NCBI GenBank assembly: GCA_043819555.1
Contig: JBDREQ010000023.1
Coordinates: 1 to 13,508, forward strand
Direction: 5' to 3'
Source: Candidatus Zixiibacteriota bacterium
GTDB taxonomy: Bacteria; Zixibacteria; MSB-5A5; GN15; JAAZOE01
DNA: 13,508 bases
Shown: in pieces, positions 7,805 to 13,508 of the stretch
Layout: every line of letters starts with the position of its first letter
Numbering within the stretch: the stretch's first letter is position 1
The notes under the pieces: model-generated
Told to the model about the DNA's origin: nothing
Databases searched by the model: none
The model's input: the letters and a program-made list of their open reading frames with translations, nothing else
Position numbers and translations under genes: made by a program

Positions 7805-9094
7805 CTAATCTCTACTGATTTTAAGCTTAAGGAAATGACAGGAGCATGAGATGCATGGGTCGTAATTTCGAATAGTTTGTTCGCACAGCCAGGTAATTTT
7901 CTCATCAGAAAGATGAAGATTATTATCAACAGATTGCCGAAGATCATTTTCGATTGATTTTTGATTCTGGGACGTTGGTGGTATTATTCTCGCCTCTTGA
8001 ATAATTCCGTCTTTATCTATTTTATACCGATGATACAATATTCCCCGCGGCGCTTCCGTGCATCCTTGTCCGACACCTTCAATGGGAACACATTCAATAC
8101 AAGATTTTTCCGGTGGTTCATATCTTTTAATTAGTTTTATCGCTTCCTCACATACAAAAATCAGTTCGATAGCCCGGACGATTATACTCTTGTAAGGATT
8201 TAAACAGGATTTATCTAATCCAGCCTTTTTGGCAGCCTCTCTTGCAGATGAGGGCAGCATATCGAAGTTATTATGAAATCTGGCCATCGGTCCAACCAGA
8301 TAATCGCCTCTTTCTTTAATCCGTGCATGAAGCGAGGTTGAATGTTTGACCTGATACTCTTCAAAAAAATCAAGGAACTTGTCGATTGGAATATCTATAC
8401 CTTTGTTGGAAACAATATCCCCCTCACAGATAGGATATTCATCAGAATGTCTTAATGATACAAATTCATAATCGCGCTCCAAATTGGGAAATTCAAATCC
8501 TGAAACAATTTCCACTGTTTCATGCGAGAATTCCAGGGCCCATTTGAGAGGAGCGAGAAAACTCCCAAGGTCCTTTCTTGTAGGGACCTTGTAAAATCCT
8601 CCAACTCTTACGTTAATAGGATGTATTTCCCTTCCGCCCAGCTTTATCATCAGATCATTACCAATTTTCTTTAACTTCAGAGCTCTTTTAACAATATCAG
8701 GATGATCTTTGGCCATCTTGATAGCATCATCATACCCGAGAAAATCGGGCGCGTGTAGCATAAAAATATGCAGAGCGTGTGATTCAATCCATTCTCCGCA
8801 ATACAGTAATCTTCTTAAATCTCTAAGCGGACCATCAACCTTTACACCGCAAATCTGTTCCATTGCATGCGAGGAACTCATCTGGTAGGCGACCGGGCAA
8901 ATACCGCAAATCCGCGCCGTTATATCAGGGGCCTCGGTGAATTTTCTATTTTTTAAGAATCCTTCAAAAAAGCGGGGAGGTTCAAAAACATTAAATTTTG
9001 ATTCAACTACCTTTCCGTTTTTAAGGCTTATAAATAATCCGCCTTCACCTTCCACTCGGGCCAGATAATCAACTTTGATAGTCTTATTTTTCAT
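7805..9094 (-). CDS. hydA: Group 3b [NiFe]-hydrogenase large (alpha) subunit
   Basis: ARVEGEG, L1 motif RICGICP, EAPRG, L2 motif DPCISCSCH plus a cleavable tail (FLKLKISRD). Likely start ATG 9094 (MKNKTIKVD), overlapping the hydD stop. Confidence 0.95.
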   Translation of the reverse strand: MKNKTIKVDYLARVEGEGGLFISLKNGKVVESKFNVFEPPRFFEGFLKNRKFTEAPDITARICGICPVAYQMSSSHAMEQICGVKVDGPLRDLRRLLYCGEWIESHALHIFMLHAPDFLGYDDAIKMAKDHPDIVKRALKLKKIGNDLMIKLGGREIHPINVRVGGFYKVPTRKDLGSFLAPLKWALEFSHETVEIVSGFEFPNLERDYEFVSLRHSDEYPICEGDIVSNKGIDIPIDKFLDFFEEYQVKHSTSLHARIKERGDYLVGPMARFHNNFDMLPSSAREAAKKAGLDKSCLNPYKSIIVRAIELIFVCEEAIKLIKRYEPPEKSCIECVPIEGVGQGCTEAPRGILYHRYKIDKDGIIQEARIIPPTSQNQKSIENDLRQSVDNNLHLSDEKITWLCEQTIRNYDPCISCSCHFLKLKISRD

Positions 9095-9866
9095 AAGCTT
9101 CGCTTTCTTTCCTGAACGGTTCGGAAAAAGCATTAAATCCTCTAAAATATCTGACTATATCTTCTCTGGACATCTCTATCTTTTCCAGTTGCGCCGCCAG
9201 TGATGATGTATTTGGTGCGTCCATCGGTCCGAAACAGCTGTAACATCCCCGATTATAAAATGGGCATATTGCTCCGCATCCGGCCAGCGTTACCGGCCCA
9301 AGGCAGGGCGTACCATGGACTACCATAACACATATGTTACCTTTACGCTTACATTCTAAGCAGAGACTGTAACCGGGAATATTAGGTTTACGCCCGTTTA
9401 GCAGCGCACTTATCACTTCAATGAGATGATATTTATTTATCGGACATCCTTGTAGTGCAAAGTCGACAGAAACATGGTCAATGATAGGAGTTGATTTATT
9501 AAGGGTTTCAATATATTCCGGATTTGGATAGACGGTTCTGATGTAGTCATTGACATCGCCAAAATTCCTGATAGCCTGGATGCCGCCTGATGTAGCACAG
9601 GCTCCAATTGTGATAAGCAATTTTGATTGACGGCGAATTTTATGAATTCGCTCGGCATCATGAGAAGTCGTAATCGATCCTTCAACCAGCGAAATATCGT
9701 AGGGTCCTTTTATATACACACGGGATGCTTCCGGGAAATTTGCTATTTGAACTGCATCAGCTACTGTTAGAAGTTCATCTTCGCAATCAAGTAATGATAG
9801 TTGACAGCCATCACATGATGCAAATTTCCATACCGCGAGTTTGGGTTTTTTATTGATTTTTGACAT
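9084..9866 (-). CDS. hydD: Group 3b [NiFe]-hydrogenase small (delta) subunit
   Basis: [24 protein letters not shown], and distal CLECK...[15 protein letters not shown]...CYSC motifs. Confidence 0.94.
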   Translation of the reverse strand: MSKINKKPKLAVWKFASCDGCQLSLLDCEDELLTVADAVQIANFPEASRVYIKGPYDISLVEGSITTSHDAERIHKIRRQSKLLITIGACATSGGIQAIRNFGDVNDYIRTVYPNPEYIETLNKSTPIIDHVSVDFALQGCPINKYHLIEVISALLNGRKPNIPGYSLCLECKRKGNICVMVVHGTPCLGPVTLAGCGAICPFYNRGCYSCFGPMDAPNTSSLAAQLEKIEMSREDIVRYFRGFNAFSEPFRKESEAYEK

Positions 9867-9868
9867 TT

Positions 9869-10729
9869 CTACATTTCACGCTTCAAGAAAACATCTTTCA
9901 TATCGGTATATCTAAAAACCGGACCATCTTTACAAACAAAATATGGGCCTAACTGGCAGCGCCCACATAACCCAATACCGCATTTCATATTTCGTTCCAT
10001 TGAAATAAAAATATTTTCGTAGGCGACACCTTTTTTTTGAAGTTCAAGAATTGTAAAACGCATCATTATTTCAGGTCCGCATATCATAACCGTGCAATGT
10101 AATGGATCAAACTGGGCTCGAGGAATTAACCGGGTAACTACACCAACATTCCCCCGCCAATTATCAGGGGCTCGATCCACTGTAACCAAAATCTCCATAT
10201 CAAAACGTGACCGCCATTTTTCCAATTCCTTTTTATATAAAATGTCATCGGGTGTTCGGGCGCCATATAATAAGGCGACCTTACCATAATCTCCCCGGTT
10301 CCGCAATAAATGATAAATAACCGGGCGAAGCGGCGCAATACCAATACCACCCGATATAATTAATACATCCTGCGTTTTACTTTTTTCAACCGGCCAGGAC
10401 GTACCATACGGTCCGCGGACGCCAACAATATCGCCTTTTTTTAGATTACATATAACATTAGTAACTGAGCCTACTTTCCGGACAGTATGAATGATCTTAT
10501 TCGTTTCGTCGCGATCGCCACTTATCGATATCGGAACTTCGCCGGCGCCGAAAATATATAGCATATTAAACTGCCCCGGAAGAAAGGCAAAAACCTGCCG
10601 ATTATCGGATTCCATTTCCAGTGTATAGGTATCACCAGTTTCTTTGATGATCCTTTTAATATTATAAGGGTAAGGGATCATCGGGCTTTCTGTTTGAGCA
10701 TCATTATTTTTATTTATTGTTTTGACCAT
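9869..10729 (-). CDS. hydG: Group 3b hydrogenase gamma subunit (FAD/NAD(P)-binding, 2Fe-2S)
   Basis: [45 protein letters not shown]...CKDGPVF. Confidence 0.93.
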   Translation of the reverse strand: MVKTINKNNDAQTESPMIPYPYNIKRIIKETGDTYTLEMESDNRQVFAFLPGQFNMLYIFGAGEVPISISGDRDETNKIIHTVRKVGSVTNVICNLKKGDIVGVRGPYGTSWPVEKSKTQDVLIISGGIGIAPLRPVIYHLLRNRGDYGKVALLYGARTPDDILYKKELEKWRSRFDMEILVTVDRAPDNWRGNVGVVTRLIPRAQFDPLHCTVMICGPEIMMRFTILELQKKGVAYENIFISMERNMKCGIGLCGRCQLGPYFVCKDGPVFRYTDMKDVFLKREM

Positions 10730-11174
10730 AAATATCCATCAGTTGCATTCTTGTTGCTTCCAGCCGTTCGGCAATAATAAGGTTAAAGCGTTTCATAAGC
10801 TCATAACCAAGATCATGATCCTTTTCACATTTGCCCCGCAAACACTTGCCATCAAGAGCGATTGCCCGAGTAACTTCTATTGCGCGGGCATCAAAATGCC
10901 ATTTATAAGGCGGAACCAGCCATGACCAGCCGAGAATCTCACCGGCATCGCGAGTATTTATTAAAATTGCTCCCTGGTGAGGGACAAAGGTTTCAATTAC
11001 TATTTTGCCGCTTCTGATAAAATAAAATGAATCGGCATCTTCGCCTTCCCGAAATATATATTCGCCCACCTTGAAAACAACGTTGGAAGCACAACCGGTA
11101 AGCAATTTAATTTGACCGGTATCCATTCCGTGAATGAAAGGATGTTCCTCTAAAATACGTTCCAGGTTTTCCAT
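10710..11174 (-). CDS. Stand-alone cyclic-nucleotide-binding (CAP_ED) domain protein
   Basis: F-x-x-GEYIFREGEDADSFYFIRSGKI...GEILG beta-roll signature. 154 aa with no C-terminal HTH. GAGGT RBS upstream; overlaps the hydG start by 20 bp. Confidence 0.88.
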   Translation of the reverse strand: MENLERILEEHPFIHGMDTGQIKLLTGCASNVVFKVGEYIFREGEDADSFYFIRSGKIVIETFVPHQGAILINTRDAGEILGWSWLVPPYKWHFDARAIEVTRAIALDGKCLRGKCEKDHDLGYELMKRFNLIIAERLEATRMQLMDIYGQNNK

Positions 11175-11198
11175 CTTGATACCTCAAGATTAAATAAA

Positions 11199-12311
11199 TT
11201 AAACATTTTTACAAATACGTGTCGCTTCTTCGGTAATGTCTATTCCAACAGGACACCATGTAATACAGCGACCACAACCAACACATCCTGATAAATCAAA
11301 TTGATTGTTCCAATAGGAGAGTTTATGCATTAACCACTGCCTATACCGGGATTTGCCCGATTGGCGAATACAGCCCCCATGTATATTTGAAAACTCCCGA
11401 TTAAAACAAGAGTCCCACTTGCGCAGTCGCACAGCCGTTTTGCCCTGAATATCAGTTTCGTCTTCAAAGTTAATGCAAAAACATGTCGGACATACCATAG
11501 TACAATTACCGCAAGTAAGACACCTTCCGGCAATCTCATCCCAATCGGGATTATCGAATTGCCCGTTGAGAGAATTCCCAAAAAATCCCAGCGACAATTT
11601 TCTCGACATTTTCGATTTTGCTTTTTCCAATGTCGATTTTTCATCGGATAGTTGTTTGTCTGAGGCGGTGGAAAGCGATAATGTCTGAAGCAATTTATGT
11701 CCCTTCTCCGATCCGACGGTAACTACGAAATATGAATCATTATCTATTTCAGTAAGAGCAAGATCAAATCCTTCAGAAACGACCGGACCAGTATTCATCG
11801 ATTCACAGAAACAGGTATTTCCAGGGCTGCTACAATTTACGGCAATAACAATCATTTTTTGGCGAAATTGAAGATAGTCATGGTCAACATAAGCTCCCTG
11901 AATCAGAATCTTGTCCAGTATTTTGATCGCCGCCAGCTCACAGGCCCGTAATCCGATAAAGGCTAATTCCGGAATATCATTTTCCTGTGTGTCGATCCTG
12001 TAATTATTATTTTTCTTTAAAAATTTGAAAATTGTTTTTACGGATGGATATATAAACTGTTTTACGGAGTTTTGACCAACCGTATAGCCGGAAAAGATAG
12101 TGCCATTGTTGGTTTTTTTTATTCTGTAATACCCATTGTTTTGATCATCGTAAATGCCAATCGGAAAATCTTCAAAATGATCTATAAATTCATAGACAAT
12201 GGCTTTATCTCTGACTGTAGGCCCAACTACTTCGTATTTATTCTTTTGAAGAGTTTTAAGAAGAAGTTTCATACTACCAAATTCAAGAAAGAATTTTGGA
12301 TAGCCTTCCAT
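11199..12311 (-). CDS. hydB: Group 3b hydrogenase beta subunit (4Fe-4S, AsrA-like)
   Basis: GLRACEL, CFCESM, CLTCGNCTMVCPTCFC, WDSC, CVGCGRCITWCPVGID. Confidence 0.93.
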   Translation of the reverse strand: MEGYPKFFLEFGSMKLLLKTLQKNKYEVVGPTVRDKAIVYEFIDHFEDFPIGIYDDQNNGYYRIKKTNNGTIFSGYTVGQNSVKQFIYPSVKTIFKFLKKNNNYRIDTQENDIPELAFIGLRACELAAIKILDKILIQGAYVDHDYLQFRQKMIVIAVNCSSPGNTCFCESMNTGPVVSEGFDLALTEIDNDSYFVVTVGSEKGHKLLQTLSLSTASDKQLSDEKSTLEKAKSKMSRKLSLGFFGNSLNGQFDNPDWDEIAGRCLTCGNCTMVCPTCFCINFEDETDIQGKTAVRLRKWDSCFNREFSNIHGGCIRQSGKSRYRQWLMHKLSYWNNQFDLSGCVGCGRCITWCPVGIDITEEATRICKNV

Positions 12312-12321
12312 AATCCCTACT

Positions 12322-12339
12322 TTGTGATAAATTTCACAA
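12322..12339. promoter_or_regulatory. Rex-like (or CRP-like) operator
   Basis: TTGTGA-TAAATT-TCACAA: one mismatch to the Rex consensus TTGTGAA-N4-TTCACAA, and an exact CRP core TGTGA-N6-TCACA. It lies between the promoter and the hydB RBS. Confidence 0.7.
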
Positions 12340-12353
12340 TTTTTCTTAATGAA

Positions 12354-12382
12354 AAGATATAATTCCTTCGTTATTTTGTCAA
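12354..12382 (-). promoter_or_regulatory. Sigma70-type promoter of the hydrogenase operon
   Basis: Minus strand TTGACA (12382-12377), 17-bp spacer, TATCTT (12359-12354). Confidence 0.65.
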
Positions 12383-12465
12383 TAAGTATATTGATTTATC
12401 TGAAAGTAATAATAAACACTCGCCACTGTTTTTCGAGAGTCAAGCACTCATTCGCGTTTTGTATC

Positions 12466-12706
12466 GGTAGAAATCGAGTAGAAAACCTTCTAACCCACAA
12501 TGCTAAAATGTTATACAACAATAGGTTATAAGTTCAAAGCGGGGGAGGTAGGATTCGACGAACGCCATTTTAGCTAACTTCTTAATACACAGCTAAATAC
12601 GCATAATTTGATGCCTACTATTACCTTAACAAACTTGTAGTTCCGTGTACTTCGATGTAGTTGCGTGTATTTCCAGGTAGTTCCCGGTTAGAAAATGGTT
12701 AGAAAA
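12466..12706 (-). repeat. att-like junction copy 2
   Basis: Left arm GGTAGAAATCGAGTAGAAAACCTTCTAACCCAC. Core GCGGGGGAGGTAGGATTCGA at 12539. Five 10-mers at 12636-12685 (TGTAGTTCCG TGTACTTCGA TGTAGTTGCG TGTATTTCCA GGTAGTTCCC). GGTTAGAAAA at 12686 and 12697. Confidence 0.85.
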
Positions 12707-13366
12707 TTACCCTCGAATTCCAAAAAATATTTATTGAACGTCATTAAAAACTTTTCGCCTTTTCAAGCCATAATATAAGAGGAACTTTAAATTTGGCAAA
12801 TGGCTTGAGACGATATTATGACGCACTTGCCAATTGTAAGGGTTTTCTTTTTTCTTAATAACTGCATTTAAATAGCTACATGGTACCATGCTGTCCATGA
12901 ATGTAAATGTGAGTTTGAGTTCAGAAAAAACCCGGGGCATCCCGCAAAAACACAACGGCCTAAAATTGGCGTGCCTTTGTTAATGATCTTTGAAATTATT
13001 TAAGGCAAGCGGCTTGATTAAATATTGGCGATATTCTTTCCTATTTTAAAAACAACTCACATAAGCTCGGGAAATCGAACTCCCTATTCGCATTGTGGAA
13101 CAGCAACTTATACCCTATTGTGGTCAAATCGCGACCTTTTTTGGGAAAATATAATGCTGTATTTGAGTGCTTGTGGACACCGCCAATGCTTAGTATCTAG
13201 CGCCCAATTTGTTTCCAAATCAGGCGCCAATGGATTTCCGGTGTTGATCCCCCATATGACATTCGGTAATCTGTTCAATTGCTGTGCATTCCACCTTAAC
13301 TCTCCGAGTAAAAAACTTCGAACCCACGGTGTAAAATAATGCCACGCAACATCTTACGTGAAATAT
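12539..13366. mobile_element. Putative 828-bp minimal non-autonomous integrative unit
   Basis: Interval between cores 2 and 3, with the same two end types as the hydrogenase unit. No recognisable gene in the interior. Confidence 0.5.
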
Positions 13367-13508
13367 GCGGAGGAGGTAGGATTCTACACGATCCATTTTG
13401 GTTAACTTTATGACATGTAGTTATTTACGCGCAATTTAATGCCCGTGCGCATGTTAACTTACTTGTAGTTCCGTGTAGTTCGATGTAGTTGCGTGTAGTT
13501 CCAGGTAG
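13305..13508 (-). repeat. att-like junction copy 3 (truncated by the window edge)
   Basis: Left arm CGAGTAAAAAACTTCGAACCCAC. Core GCGGAGGAGGTAGGATTC at 13367. 10-mers from 13464 (TGTAGTTCCG TGTAGTTCGA TGTAGTTGCG TGTAGTTCCA GGTAG), at the same +97 offset as in copy 2. Confidence 0.85.

Larger units (their letters stand above)
2004..12538. mobile_element. Putative non-autonomous integrative cassette carrying the hydrogenase operon
   Basis: Bounded by directly repeated tRNA 3'-end cores (2004 and 12539). Related GGTTAGAA-type motifs occur at both ends (2152-2172; 12466-12495). No integrase inside. Confidence 0.6.

Noticed and set aside
7805..7870. Selenocysteine-containing [NiFeSe] large subunit
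   Set aside because: The L2 motif is DPCISC with ordinary Cys codons and there is no in-frame TGA.
3321..12531. Short alternative-frame or antisense ORFs overlapping hyp/hyd genes and their promoter (e.g. 3321, 4029, 4982, 5731, 5774, 6375, 9437, 10092, 10138, 10722, 11330, 11473, 12072, 12349)
   Set aside because: Shadow ORFs of well-supported genes or regulatory DNA, with no motifs.
12539..12620. Intact tRNA genes at the three cores
   Set aside because: Only about 16-20 nt of the 3' end match. The 5' T-stem strand, anticodon arm, D arm and 5' acceptor strand are absent.
12636..12706. 10-bp tandem repeats as a CRISPR array or plasmid iterons
   Set aside because: Units are contiguous 10-mers with no unique spacers, there are no cas or rep genes, and they sit at a fixed distance from the tRNA-like core.
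13069..13084. T-arm-like hairpin GGGAGTTCGATTTCCC on the minus strand
   Set aside because: The loop is 6 nt rather than 7 and I could not fold a cloverleaf around it; probably chance.
12731..13339. ORFs 12731..12955 (-) and 13025..13339 (+) as an integrase, excisionase or other genes
   Set aside because: TTG starts without a clear RBS, no HTH or R-H-R-Y motifs, and the longer one runs into the att arm. Not supportable without a search.

Overview
Accessory region that appears to be built from tandem integrative units. Left (1-1724): the 3' end and right inverted repeat of an IS30-family element inserted into a TolC-family gene, which follows a TetR regulator with its own promoter and operator. 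Centre (2376-12382, minus strand): a group 3b [NiFe] (sulf)hydrogenase operon (hydB, stand-alone cNMP-domain gene, hydG, hydD, hydA, maturation protease, zinc-less hypA, hypF, hypC, hypD, hypE; no hypB) with a sigma70-type promoter and a Rex/CRP-like box. Three copies of a conserved non-coding module have cores starting at 2004, 12539 and 13367. Each has the reverse-complemented 3' end of a tRNA (probably Ser), 25-bp dyads on both sides and a run of 10-bp phased repeats; the two complete copies end in paired GGTTAGAAAA repeats. These look like tyrosine-integrase att junctions. They delimit two integrase-free units, a 10.5-kb hydrogenase cassette and an 828-bp unit with no evident gene, which suggests a tRNA-anchored, integron-like cassette array. 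No integrase or intact tRNA is inside the window, so mobility is inferred.
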